DNA of 64,000 bases from Octopus sinensis (GCF_006345805.1 NC_043001.1:15748001-15812000), one strand, 5' to 3'; counted from the stretch's first letter, positions 24,616-37,561 are shown. The notes: a model not told the origin generated them from the sequence alone. Numbers and translations are program-made.

Positions 24616-25261
24616 TGCCACTGCTGCTGCTACTACTACTATCACCACCAACACCACTATCCTAGATTCTGTTACTGTTACCACACTCTTCAATTTAACC
24701 CTCACCAACACCATCATACACCAACAACAATGCCACTACCACCACCATCACCACCACTATCATCATCATACATCGCAATGCCACTCAAACTGCTAGAAAT
24801 AGCAGCTTAAATAATCCTTTCTACATTAGTCACAAGGCTTGAAACTTTGGAGGAAAGGGCTAGTTGATTACTCACACCCCAGTACGAAACTGGTACTTAT
24901 TTTATTGACCCTGAAAGGATGAAAAGCACCGATGACTTTGGTGGAATTTGAACTAAGAAATAAGAAACGTTAGCACGCCAAGGCATTTCATGTCTTTGCG
25001 TTCTGAGTTCAAATTCTGCTGAAGATGACTTTGCCTTTTATTCATTCGGGGTCAATAAATTAAGTACCAGTTGCGTACTGGAGTCAATCTAATCGACTAG
25101 CCCCCTCCCCCAAAATTTCAGGTTTTGTGCCTAGAGTAGAAAAGTATTTATTTCATCTAGTTTCAGCTCACGAGCTGTGACCATGCTGGGGCACCGCTAT
25201 TTATAGTATGTTAGGACTTATATAAAAAAACATTGTTAAAATATTTTGTGTATTTTTTAAC

Positions 25262-25794
25262 CTTTTACTTGTATCAGTCATAAGACTGAGGCCATGCTGG
25301 GACTCCACCTTGGAGAATTTTAGTTGAATGAATCGACCCCAGGACTTGTTGTTTTTTTTCTAGAGTCTGGTACTTATTTTATTGATCTCTTTTGCTGAAC
25401 TGCTAAGTTACAAGAACATAAACACACCAACAGTGGTTGTCAAACAGTGACGAGGCACAAACACACACACACACACAGAGAAGCTGTGCTCCAGCATGGC
25501 CGCAGATAGATGACAAACAAGTATAATAATAAAAGAATACACACACATATATTAACATGCACACACATATATACATAAACACACACAGATATATATACAG
25601 ACATATATACACACACATATATATAAACACACACACACAGTGAGCTTCTTTCAGTTTCCGTCTACCAAATCCACTCACAAGGCTTTGGTCGGCCCGAGGC
25701 TACAGTAATAAGACACTTGCCCAAGGTGCCACGCAGTGAGACTGAACTCGGAGCCATGTGGTTGGGAAGCAAGCTACTTATCACACAGCCACAC
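25262..25794 (-). mobile_element. SINE family B, full length (CpG-decayed)
   Basis: Both halves present. Confidence 0.85.
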
Positions 25795-25939
25795 CATAGA
25801 GACAAAACCAGTTTACTGCACATGAATTTTAACAGCAAAATCCGATATGGACCCCCACCCCCTAAAAGAGCCATATGCACCCCCAGTTTGGAACCATTGA
25901 CCTACATTATTGCAACCAACATATAACCACCAGAGACAA

Positions 25940-26145
25940 AACCACCACCATCACCACCGCCACTACCACCACCGCTACCACCACCACAACCACGACCACC
26001 ACCACGACCACCACAACCACCACAACCATCACCGCCACTACCACCACTACCACCACCACCGACCGCCACTACCACCACTACCACCACTACCACCACCACC
26101 ACCACCACCACCGCCACTACCACCACCACCACTACCACCACCACA
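25940..26145. repeat. (CCA)n/(CTA)n trinucleotide array
   Basis: Direct inspection; source of the poly-T/H/P ORFs. Confidence 0.95.
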
Positions 26146-26605
26146 TGGCCAATATCTGCAGGAATATTAAATACAACTTCCCCACCCCATAAACCTTATC
26201 ACACCACCGCCAACACCAGCACGCATCAACTAAGGTCCACCCCTCCTCTCCCCCTCTCCAGATAGGTCAGTCAGCTAAAAAAAAAAAAACCCATTCCTGT
26301 ACACAACTTGCCTGCCTGTCTGTCTGTCTGTGTGTCTGAACAGCCTGCAGGCTGGCTTGGTGGCTGGCTGAAGTTACTCAATGGCAGCAGGTGTAGTAAG
26401 GGGGTGGGAGGTGGGGAGTGAAAGAGAGAGAGAGACAGAAAGAGAGAGGGAAGTGTAGTGGAAGAGAGAGAGAAGGGGGAGGTGGAGGAGTGTGTGTGTG
26501 TGAATGGTGAATGAAAGGTTCAGTGAATGGAAGGAGGAATAGGTAAGAGGGGGGAAGAGGAGGAAGAGTCAAAGCAGAGAAAGAGAGAGAGTGTGAGATA
26601 GACAG

Positions 26606-26638
<33 letters not shown>

Positions 26639-27537
26639 CAGAGAGAGAGAGAGGCAGAGAGAGAGAGAGTGAGAAAACAAACAAAAATGAAAAAATATCT
26701 TCAGGCTGGCTAAGCAAGATATTCAGAAGAAATATTACAAATGTTACACACACACACACACACACGTGTGTGTTTGTGTGTGTGTATGAAAGGAAGTAAA
26801 AAAAAATCTATGAAAATGAAACAATAACAAAGAAAACCAGAACAGCAGCAGCAGCAGCTAAAATATTTAGTCCATTCAATAATTTTCATGAATGGTCTTT
26901 TATTGTGTGTGTGTGTGTTTGGGGTGGGGAGTGAGTGTATTTATTCATATTCATTCATGGCTGTTTTATTATTATTAATTATTATTATTTTTCTTTTTTT
27001 TTTATTTGGCATTTGGTTTTTTTTTGGGTTGGAAGTTAGGTTAAGGGTCTTGCAAAGTTACCTGGCTCTAATAAGCAGGAACTGCACACACAAAACCAAA
27101 TTCCTACAGGTACTGCTACTACAGAGAGAGAGGGGGGGGGAGAGAGAGAGAGAGAGAGAGAGAGACAGGCCTGATGTGGCTCTTGGCCAAGCCAAAATCT
27201 GTGAAGCTGTGCAACTCATGCCAGTATGGAAAATAGAAGTTAAGTAATGATAATGAAGATTTTATATAGATATATAGAAACTTCACTGTATTCTCTCAGT
27301 TTATAAATGTGTGTGTGTGTGCGTGTGTGTGTGCGTGTGTGTGTGTGTTTGTCCTCCCCTATCATCACTTGACAACTAGTATTGATGTGTTTACATCCCT
27401 GCAATGTAGTAGTTCGGCAAAAGGGACCGATAGAATAAGTACTAGGCTTACAAAGAACAAGTCCTGGGATCTATTAGTTTGACTAAAGGCAATACTCCTG
27501 GAACAAGTGAAAGAATAAAATGATATATATATATATA

Positions 27538-27800
27538 TATTTCTTTACTACCCACAAGGGGCTCAACACAGAGAGGACAAACAAATGGATTAAGTCGATT
27601 ATATCGACCCCAGTGCGTAACTGGTACTTATTTAATCGACCACGAAAGGATGAAAGGTAAAGTCGACCTCGGCGGAATTTGAACTCACAACGTAGCGGCA
27701 GACGAAATACGGCTACGCATTTCGCCCGCGTGCTAACGTCTCTGCCAGCTCGCCGCCCTTTTCGCCCGCGTGCTAACGTCTCTGCCAGCTCGCCGCCCTT
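27538..27800 (-). mobile_element. SINE family A with duplicated 40-bp head
   Basis: ttcgcccgcgtgctaacgtctctgccagctcgccgccctt occurs exactly twice (27721-27760, 27761-27800). Confidence 0.9.
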
Positions 27801-27820
27801 TGAATATATATATATATATA

Positions 27821-28474
27821 TCATCATCATCATCATCATTCAACGTCTGCTTTCCATGCTGGCATGGGTTTGACTGGGGACTGGTGAGCCAGATGGCTGC
27901 ACCAGGTTCCAATCTGATCTGGCAGAGTTTCTACATCTGAATGCCCTTCTAACGCCAACCACTCCGAGAGTGTAGTGGGTACTTTTACGTGCCCTGGCAC
28001 AAGGGCCATTCAGGTGGTACTGGCAACGGCCATGCTCAAATGGTGTTTTTATGTGCCACCTGCACAGGAGCCAGTCCAGCGGCACTGGCAACGCCCTCGC
28101 TCAGATGTTGTTTTTCATGTGCCACCAGCACAGGTGCCAGTAAGGTGACGTTGGTAACGATCACGCTCGAATGGTGTGCTTAACGTGCCACTGGCACAAA
28201 GGCCAGTCAGCAGCCCTGGCAATGATCACGCTCGGATGGTGCTCTTAGTGCTCCACTACCACGGATACCACTCATGTGGTGCTGTCATCAAATTTGATTT
28301 TGATTTTACTTGCCTCAACAGGTCTTCGCAAGCAGTGTTTAGTGTCCAGTGAAAGAAAGGTATGCCTAAGTGGGCTGGTTACACCACTGGCATAGACTAC
28401 GGGTTATGGTCTCACTTGGCTTGCAGGGTCTTCTCAAACACAGCATATTTCCAAAGGTCTCGGTCACAAGTCAT
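27821..28474 (-). mobile_element. RTE LINE 3' end: last ORF codons, 3' UTR with tandem hairpin units, (GAT)n tail
   Basis: Minus 28474-28412 reads MTCDRDLWKYAVFEKTLQAK* (RTE-type xDRxxW C-terminus), then repeat units and the tggttggcgttag...aagggcat tail seen throughout the window. Confidence 0.75.
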
Positions 28475-28491
28475 ATATATATGGTTTAATA

Positions 28492-28820
28492 AACTGGTAC
28501 ACTGTCACTTACGAAGACAAGGGTCTCAGTTGATCTGATCGACGGAACAGCTTGCTCATGAAATTAACGTGCAAGTGGCTGAGCAATCCAAGACACGTGT
28601 TCCCTTAATGTAGTTCTCAGGGGAGATTCAGCATAATACAGAGTGTGAAAAGGCTGGACTTCGAATTGCTGGTACAACCCACTTCTGCCAGCTGAGTGGT
28701 TTGGTGTAATGTGAAATAAAGTGTCTTGCTCAAGGAGACAACACACCACCAGAACAGGAACTGAACTTGCAATTTCACGACCTTATGCCAAAAACCCGAA
28801 CTACTAAGTTACATGCTTTC
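28492..28820 (-). mobile_element. SINE family C
   Basis: Reverse complement of the 7011-7336 type. Confidence 0.8.
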
Positions 28821-28940
28821 ATGTGTGTGTGTGTTGTGTGTGTAGTATATATATATTATATATGTGTACATATGTTTATATATATATACATACATATATA
28901 TATATAATATATATATATGTGTACATAGGTTTATATATAT

Positions 28941-29000
<60 letters not shown>

Positions 29001-29003
29001 TAA

Positions 29004-29150
29004 ATAAAAATACAAAAAGACGATACAAAAACACGGACAGGTCATTCGAAGCCTTTAATCTTCAGTCAAGAACTGGATTATCCTCGCAATTTCAGCTGAT
29101 TAATCTTGAGATTGCTCCAGTCTGGCCAGCCCCAAGGAAAAATTAAGCTT
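29004..29150 (-). mobile_element. Second copy of the 19332-19478 element
   Basis: gtcattcgaagcctttaatcttcagtca...ggccagccccaaggaaaa. Confidence 0.6.
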
Positions 29151-29350
29151 ATATATATATATATATATATATAACTCCAAGAAAGTTAGGGCTTGTGAAT
29201 TCAACCCACTAAGGGATAATATCTATCCAATATACTGTTGGTATAATACCCAATTATTAATACACAAGTGCTTTTTATTGCATTGCAGTTACATTAACTA
29301 GTGTACTAAATGGGTGAAGGTAAAGAGATATTTTAACATTAATTTATATC

Positions 29351-29501
29351 GCAAATAAGAAATGGAGAAGCACATTAGTTGGTTCATCAACTTTAGGACA
29401 TTAAAAATGTTAACTTATTTATTTATTAAACTGATAATTAACATTTTTAATGTCCTAAAGTTGATGAACCAACTATTGTTCTCCTCCATTTTCTTATTTG
29501 C
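29351..29501. repeat. Fold-back palindrome, ~63-bp arms, 24-bp spacer
   Basis: Arms 29351-29413 and 29438-29501. Confidence 0.9.
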
Positions 29502-29619
29502 TATAGATATATATATATATAGTAATAATAAAAGGTGAAACTAATTAATTAGGGATAATTATCAATTACACCAGTAGATTTCAGCATTTGAAAAGCCCCA
29601 TTCGAGGAAAATTTAAGTA

Positions 29620-29882
29620 ATACTAAGTAATTAAGGGTTAGCAACGAATTGCCTCACCAACACACCGAATTTAGAAATTAGCAGTCAAGAGATAAGCTAT
29701 TCCTTCTACTAAAAGGGGGATCTCAGTAAAACACAGCACATTGAAAGGCAAACACAGAAAGGTAAGAAAAGAAAGGAAGATCCCCCTTTTAGTAGAGGAA
29801 TAGCTATATCTCTTGACTGCTATTTCAAATTCGGTGTTGTGTGGTGAGGCAATTCGTTGCTAAACCCTTAATTACTTAGTAT
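29620..29882. repeat. Fold-back palindrome, ~104-bp arms, ~54-bp spacer
   Basis: Arms 29620-29723 and 29778-29882. Confidence 0.9.
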
Positions 29883-31456
29883 ATATATATATATATATAT
29901 TCACACACACACATGCATGCAAACACAATTTGACATATAATTGGAGTTAGATAACACAATATGCAAGCAAAGTGCACTACCACCACCACCAAGACTACTA
30001 CCATCACTACTACCTATACCAACAACACTTACCAACACAGATATTCTCCAACTACTGTTACTAATACAGATAGAGCTCTACCATCACCACCACCACCAAC
30101 CATACATACTATAATTACCTGTGCTTACTTCCATGTAGCTATATGATCTGCTAGAAATAGTAGCCAAATCTCTCTCGACTCACACACTACAAACTCACAG
30201 TACACACTACATAATAGGGGTCCCAGGATCACTCCACATAGGAACAAAATGGGATGGTCACAGCTAGAAAGCCTTTAATCGAGGATCTTCTCAGTCAGGA
30301 CTTACCATGGGCTAAACAACATCGCCAACCACCACCATCACCGCCACCTCCACTGCAATTATCAGTTCTTATCACCACTTACAATAATCTGAACCAGCCA
30401 AGGGGAGAGGCCTCTCACTTTTAAGAGGCTCCTCGACCTGCTAGAAATAATAACTAAGTCTCCTTCAAATAGCACCTTATCATATGAACCAAGGAAGGTC
30501 AGGTCACATTGGGTAATATAGTTGAAAATATACAGAGTTAGACTGGAACAGTGCTAATCATAGATCCACTCAATTGAGACTAATATTAGCCTAGGGTTAA
30601 ATAAAAACAACAGACAATATACTTGAAAGGTGATCTCAAGCCAGACAGGTGTGGAGTGGTAGGTAGTACAACAGGTGTGGATACCTCATTGAAGTATTTG
30701 CACCACCACTCCCATCTCCATCAACAACCAGGTAAAGAAAACTAAAGTTATACCTTTGAATTAGCTTTTGATCTGATTGTTAAAAAGAGAGCAAGAGGGA
30801 GGGGGTGAGCGTGTCAGAGGTCAGCTGATTTGAAGGACGAAAAGAAAAAAAAAAAACATCAAAGAGATGGTAGGGCCCAATGAATGGTATCTATATCTTC
30901 ACACTCTCTCTTTCCACCTGTAAATGACACACAAATTAAATTAGACTAGTCACCAGGTAGATTAAACTAGTTACTAGGCAGACCTCAACAACACCGCTTG
31001 TATGCTGGTGATGCTCGTTTACAACCATCAAACAATACCAAGACAAGGAGATGCTATGACACATACACACATATATATACAACCAGACAATAATTCTTTA
31101 TATCTGCTCCCTTGGGATCCCCTTAGAGCAGCTCTTCACACTGCTGACTTGGTCCTCGATAAAGGTATTGGGATACAAGTTCAAATCATTTGAGCAGGAT
31201 TAAGTGTTTTCTATATTCAGATTGTCATCATCCTATTCTTGATTGTGCATATATAGGCGCAGGAGTGGCTGTGAGGTAAGAAGCTTGCTTACCAACCACA
31301 TGGTTCTGGGTTCAGTCCCTCTGTGTGGCACTTTGGGCAAGTGTCCTCTTCTATGACCTCAGGCTATATATATATACGATGGACTTCTTTCAGTTTCCAT
31401 CTACCAAATCCACTCACAAGGCTTTGGATGGTGGGGTGGGAGACAAACACCCCACC

Positions 31457-31609
31457 ATTTTAGCTCTCAGGCATTTTTAATTTCCACAATTTTTTATTTC
31501 CACTCCACCCTAACACACACGTATGTGTGAGCGGGTATATAGATTGTGCAATCTAGGGTGGAGTGAAGATAAAAAGTTGTGAAACATGAAAATGCCTGAG
31601 GCCCAAAAT
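31457..31609. repeat. Imperfect inverted repeat / MITE-like element
   Basis: ctcaggcatttt...ccacccta versus tagggtggagtg...aatgcctgag; related sequence at about 42910-43085. Confidence 0.6.
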
Positions 31610-32014
31610 CTTGCTATATATTATTACTAGAAAAATGCAAAATTTTCGCTTAGATCAGTCAAGGGCATTTACTCCCTCAAACCCCACAAAATCTGCTGTT
31701 GTAAAAAATTTACAAATGTATACACACGACAGGTTTCCACACATTTTCCGTTTACCAAATCCACTTACAAGGCCTCTGGTTGGCTCAGGGCTGTAGTAAA
31801 AGACATCTGCCAAAGGCGTCGTGCAGTAGAACTCAGAATTATGTGGTTGGGAAGTAAGCTTCTTACCACTCAGTCACACCTGCACCTACATACCCTTCAA
31901 AAAAAAACGTGATGGGCATGACTGGAATACATGTCAGATATTGGACTGCAGGATGTCAAGGTTGACTCAAGGCTAAACAACAATAACAGCGAGCAAAAAA
32001 GACAAAAAAATAGA

Positions 32015-32737
32015 AACAAGAGCACTCAGAGAGTTCAAACCTCTGCCAAGACAACACCAACGTCATCTCAACAATTAGCCAGAGATGATTTTTAAAATGA
32101 AAATATCTGAAATAAACTCGACTGCTCTCACAATTGAGAATAATAAAAATGAATCCGACCGCTCTCAAAAATTAAGTCAAAAAAAAAAAACCAGTAAAAA
32201 TAATCCAGAATCCTTGTTTGGTACCGGATCAATCCCAAAATCTAATCAGTTTGTGCCAGTCATGAGTCCAAACATCCCTGAAAGTTTCATCCAAATCCAT
32301 CCAGCAGTTCTTGAGATATCTTGTCCACGGACAAACAAACAAAGTAACACAACTGTAAACAATACCTCTGCCTTCGTTAAGGCGGAGATAACAAGAGCAC
32401 TCAGGGAGCACAGGCCTCTGACAAGGCAACACCAATGTTCTCTCAACAATTAGCCAGAGATTATTTTTTAAATGAGAATATCTGAAATAAACTCGACTAC
32501 TCTAACAAACGAGAATACTAAAAATGAACCCAACTGAAAACAGGAAAAATACTCTAGAATCCTTGTCTGGTACTGGATTGATCCCAAAATCTAATCAGTT
32601 TGTGCCAGTTATGAGGCCAAACATCCCTGAAAATTTCATCAAAATCCATCCAGCGGTTCTTGAGATATCTTGTCCATGGATGAACAAACAAACATGACTG
32701 AAAACAATACCTCCACCTTTGCTAAGGTGAAGGTAAT
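32015..32737 (-). mobile_element. Two head-to-tail Helentron-associated (HINE/DINE-1-like) elements
   Basis: Units 32015-32389 and 32390-32737, each with an acctc(c/t)gcc/ggcggaggt-type palindrome, aaac microsatellite, ttcatc(c/a)aaatccatccagc core and an aacaagagcactcag end. Confidence 0.75.
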
Positions 32738-32756
32738 AAATATTTGTTTTCCTTAC

Positions 32757-32888
32757 CTTTGACAAGTCACGCAAATGCGCAGGTTTCGGACGGCATGCGC
32801 GCTTGCTTTGAAGACTCCTTGGGGAGCAACTGAAGAAATCTTCTCCATCTTTTACACAGTCTACTTGGTACAATTCCATTTCCATGTC
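32757..32888 (-). CDS. Internal coding exon candidate (132 nt, phase 0-0) of an unidentified gene
   Basis: Acceptor ctgtttctttctttgcctccag|G and donor AAG|gtaagg; only one fully open frame: DMEMELYQVDCVKDGEDFFSCSPRSLQSKRACRPKPAHLRDLSK; CpGs retained inside a CpG-poor region. Confidence 0.6.
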
Positions 32889-33440
32889 CTGGAGGCAAAG
32901 AAAGAAACAGTAAGAGTTAATACGGTTCTAATCTCCCAGACAGATTTTTATATCATTTTATGTTGTTACCTGATTTACCAAAAATAGCAGCCAAATTCCT
33001 CGACTCTGTAGCATTCCCATTATTGTGTGAAATGTAAAAAGCACCAACATTATAAATACATCCCCCACCACCCTGTTGTCACAAATTTAACCTATAAAAT
33101 CTCAAAGCAAGGTTAACAACAAATTCCCAAAAATTACAAATGGAAGGGCTCATTATTTTTGTCATGAATTTTACCCTTGAAATTACAACATAAAGTATAT
33201 AACAATTCAACCAACATTACCAAAAAAGGGGCCTCAATAACATTGTTATCAAAGTTGACCCTTGAAATTTCAATGTAATACATATAACAATTCCCTAATA
33301 TCATAAACATAAGGGCACACATTTCTCACAAATTTTACCCTTGAAATCCCGACAGAAAGTATACAACAAACTCAGCCAACATTACAAACCTAGAACCATT
33401 CACCTCTACACGATTGTATTGTGACAAGGTTTACAACCTA

Positions 33441-33603
33441 CCGTATTTCAATGTGTATAAGGAACACCTTTTTTGTCAAAAATTAGGTTAAAAAAACATG
33501 GGAGTTTTTTTATACATGGATAGTATTATAATCCCTTACAAAACCTTTTTCCAAATTTTAAGCCCCCAAAATTTGGGGGTTCTTTATACACGTTATAATA
33601 CAG
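33441..33603. mobile_element. Tc1/pogo-type MITE (~163 bp)
   Basis: TA flanks; TIRs ccgtatttcaatgtgtataa / ttatacacgttataatacag. Confidence 0.6.
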
Positions 33604-33656
33604 TAATTTTAATCAGTAAAGGATTTCTATCACAAGAAATTAACCTTTACTTTTAA

Positions 33657-34091
33657 CCCTTAAGTATTCAGATAATTCTGTCAAAATGTGATGCTTATTT
33701 ATTTGCATTGTTTGGAATTGGTCAGGGATTGTATCATAGCTTTGCGATTTTGAAGATGTGAGTACATATATTTAGAATGACATTTACATCCCGGTGGCAT
33801 GTAAAAAACACCGTTCGAGCGTGATCGTTACCAGCGTTGCCTTACTGGCACTTGTGCCGGTAGCACGTGAAAAACTACCCACTATACTCTCGGAGTGGTT
33901 GGCGTTAGGAAGGGCATCCCGCTGTAGAAACCCTGCCAGATCAGATTGGAGCCTGGTGCAGCCAACCTGGTTCGCCAGACCTCAGTGAAATCGTCCAACC
34001 CATGCTAGCATGGAAAGCGGACGTTAAACGATGATGATGATTGTAGGGTAGGTGAGAGAGGTTAAATCTGGCTGGTTTAAATGTTAAAGGG
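33657..34091. mobile_element. piggyBac-like MITE (TTAA TSD) with a nested RTE tail (33785-34040)
   Basis: ttaa|ccctt...aaggg|ttaa; body interrupted by tggttggcgttaggaagggcatcc...aaacgatgatgatga. Confidence 0.65.
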
Positions 34092-34210
34092 TTAATAATA
34101 TTTTAACATCACAAAACTGTATATTGTTACCAGCGTCGCCTTACTGGCACTTGTGCTGGTGGCACATGAAAAAGCACCCACTACGCTCTTGGGTTGCTTG
34201 GCGTTAGGAA

Positions 34211-34447
34211 GGTGTTCAAAAAGTCTCTCTGCAACAAGTAATTTAATAGTTTCCAGGCAATTCTTGTAAACTGATGCTTTACTTGCTCCCCTGGAAAAAA
34301 AAAAAGGTCTGGCGGTGTTAAATCAGGTGATTTTGGTGGCCAAGGTCCCTTCGAAATAATCCTTTCGCCGAAAAACTCTTTAAGTAGTGCCATGGTGATG
34401 TGCAGGATGAAAAAAATTCACTGCAGTGAGACTTTTTGAACACCCTG
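34211..34447 (-). mobile_element. Internally deleted Tc1/mariner (maT/rosa-like) element
   Basis: TIRs ggtgttcaaaaagtctc / gagactttttgaacaccctg followed by TA; minus frame EFFGERIISKGPWPPKSPDLTPPDLFF (WPPxSPDLxPxD motif). Confidence 0.8.
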
Positions 34448-34633
34448 TATATAAACATATTTTTAGAGGGAGGGAAAAGGGGAAAAAACCCCAAAAACAT
34501 TGAAGTATCAAATATGAAATTATCAAGAGAAAGATACCCATAACTACCTTGTCAAAGAAACAAAGATAACGACAAAAAGGGGGGGGTTAAGCAACAGAAG
34601 ATAAGGGACGGAGGAAGTAGTGGGTTGGATACC

Positions 34634-35031
34634 TATTTCTTTATTGCCCACAAGGGGCTAAACACAGAGGGGACAAACAAGGACAGACAAACGGATTAAG
34701 TCAATTATACCGACCCCAGTGCGTAACTGGTACTTAATTTATCAACCCCGAAAGGATGGAAGGCAAAGTCGACCTCAGCGGAATTTGAACTCAGAAAGTA
34801 GCGGCAGACGAAATACCTATTTCTTTATTACTCACAAGGGGCTAAATATAGAGGGGACAAACAAGGACAAACGGATTAAGTCGATTATATCGACCCCAGT
34901 GCATAACTGGTACTTAATTTATCGACCCCGAATGGATGAAAGGCAAAGTCGACCTTGGCGGAATTTGAACTCAGAATGTAAAAACAGACGAAATACCACC
35001 TAGCATTTCGCCCGGCATGCTAACGTTTCTG
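34634..35031 (-). mobile_element. SINE family A tandem form
   Basis: Period 184 bp; junction gaaatacc|tatttc at 34817/34818. Confidence 0.85.
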
Positions 35032-35594
35032 CCTTTTGGATACCTCAAACCAAATGGCATGTTCAGCCATGCTTCACGGACATGATTGTAAAAGCATTGC
35101 ACAAGAGAACGACCAGCAACACTAGCTGTCACAGTTACCCAACCCCAGGGGATCTCATTTCTCAGTTTGCACAGGAAACCACCTGAACTGAAGATTCCGG
35201 AGGGGAAACAATTGAAACTTCATCATTCCTCATTGTATCTAAAGATTAACTAATTAACACCACCCAGCACTAATTACAAAAAGACACCAACATGGTTTTG
35301 CCCATGTCTAATAGTAATTAATTTATTAATTTATGCACGCCTTCCCCTGGCTTATTATCAGGTTTACCTTACTTCACAACCCATTAGTTACGGTTAAATG
35401 AGTAGGGTCTCCCCTCTTTAGTAAGTATCACTGTACACTCAAGTGGTTTCTCCAATTGAGTGAATGGCTAATCAGTTAAAGCAGAAAGAAGAAGAAGAAG
35501 AAGAAGAAGAAGAGAAGAAGAAGAATAAGATACAATAAAATGAAAAGATAAATGATGAATATAAATAAGGACACAACCTTCATTGTATAGCTAA

Positions 35595-35839
35595 GAAGTT
35601 TGCTTCTAAATCACAGTTTCGGGTTCAGTCCCACTGTGTGGCACCTTGGACAAGTGTCTTCTACTACAGCTGTAGGTTAACCAAAGCACTGTGACTAGAT
35701 TTGGAAGATGGAGACTGAGAGAAGCCTGTCGCATTTATACACACACACACACACTAATATATATATGTATATTTAATAAAATGATGTAGTATGAAACGAT
35801 CGTACCAAATTACCGGAGTCATTCTTGTTGCTTATTTTG

Positions 35840-35879
<40 letters not shown>

Positions 35880-36055
35880 CATTGCTTGATAACTGATGTT
35901 GCTGTGTTTATGTCCCCCATAACTTAGCGGTTTGGCAAAAGACCCCAATAGAATAAGTACTAGGCTTACGAAGAATAAGTCCTGGGATCGATTAGTTCAA
36001 CTGAAGGTGGTGCTCCAGCATGGCTGCAGTGAAATGACCGAAACAAATAAAAGAA
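35595..36055 (+). mobile_element. SINE family B (CpG-decayed)
   Basis: Both halves present. Confidence 0.75.
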
Positions 36056-36111
36056 ATTTGGTGGTGAGCATGGCTGGACTGCACAGAAGCTGACCTGGGG
36101 TTAAACAACAT

Positions 36112-36153
<42 letters not shown>

Positions 36154-36489
36154 TTCCAATAGCAGCCAGAACATGGCCACAGCCAGCAGGATTAACAGAT
36201 GACAGGATTAAAGCCTAAATCTGCACATGCCCACCACACCTTTCACCACCCCTACCTACCAGACACACATATGCTAAATGTAATTATCACACCTGTCATA
36301 TCACATTAGCAATTGATACACCTGACAACAGTGACATATGTTCTCAGTGTTGAATGGCAAATTTTGATGCCTTGTGGTTTTCCATTCTCACTCAACATTC
36401 TTCTCTCGCAGACAGCTGTCTCATCATCACCACCACCACCACCACCATCACCATCATCATCATCATTACAAACATTCTATCTCATACAC

Positions 36490-36795
36490 ATGTGTGTGTA
36501 TATATGTATATATCTATGTATATGTGTATATAGATATATATATATATATGTATATATGTATATATGTATATATATACATGTATATATGAATATATATACA
36601 TGTATGTGTGTATGTATATATAAATATGTATATATGAATATAATCACATGCATATATATATATATCATACATATGTGCATACATATGCACACACACATGA
36701 ATATATAAGCGCATATGCATATAAATATACACACAAACTCATACATAATATATATATACACACACATGAATATATATTGACATATGATATATATA

Positions 36796-36838
<43 letters not shown>

Positions 36839-36890
36839 TGTGCATATCTATCTATCTATCTATCTATATATATATATATATATATATCTT
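36490..36890. repeat. (TA)/(TG)/(CA) compound microsatellite
   Basis: Direct inspection. Confidence 0.95.
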
Positions 36891-37052
36891 ATGTGTCTTG
36901 CTGTCTTCCTAGCTGTTGAGAGTCCTGCGTCTAACCATGGGGGTTATGTTTTCACAGAAAGTCTGAAAACTCGAAAATACTTATTAAACATATGACAAAC
37001 TTTGTTTACAAATTTAATATATACACACAGGTGATGTTTCAGTTTACATGTG

Positions 37053-37087
<35 letters not shown>

Positions 37088-37096
37088 ATATATATA

Positions 37097-37520
37097 GGCA
37101 TAGGAGTGGCTGTGTGGTAAGTAGCTTGTTTACCAACCACATGGTTCCGGGTCAGTCCCACTGCGGAGCACCTTCTACTATAGCCCCGGGCCGACCAAAG
37201 CCTTGTGAGTGGATTTGGTAGACGGAAACTGAAAGACGCCTGTCGTATATATGTATATATATTATATATATATATATACATTATATATATATATATATAT
37301 ATATATGTGTGCGTGTCTGGTTTGTCCCCCCGCATTGCTTGACAACCGATGCTGGTGTGTTTATGTCCCCGTACTTAGCGGTTCGGCAAAAGAGACTGAT
37401 AGAACAAGTACTAGGCTTACAAAGAACAAGCTCGACTACAAAGAACAAGCTCGACTAAAGGCGGTGCTCCAGCATGGCCACAGTCAAATGACTGAAACAA
37501 GTAAAAGAGTAAAAAGAGTG
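37097..37520 (+). mobile_element. SINE family B, full length
   Basis: Both halves; internal 19-bp duplication acaaagaacaagctcgact. Confidence 0.85.
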
Positions 37521-37524
37521 AAAG

Positions 37525-37559
<35 letters not shown>

Positions 37560-37561
37560 TA

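Noticed and set aside
29585-29612. Possible decayed hammerhead next to palindrome 2
   Set aside because: Too many core mismatches to call.
32085-32453. 122-aa plus ORF
   Set aside because: Lies wholly in the non-autonomous HINE dimer.
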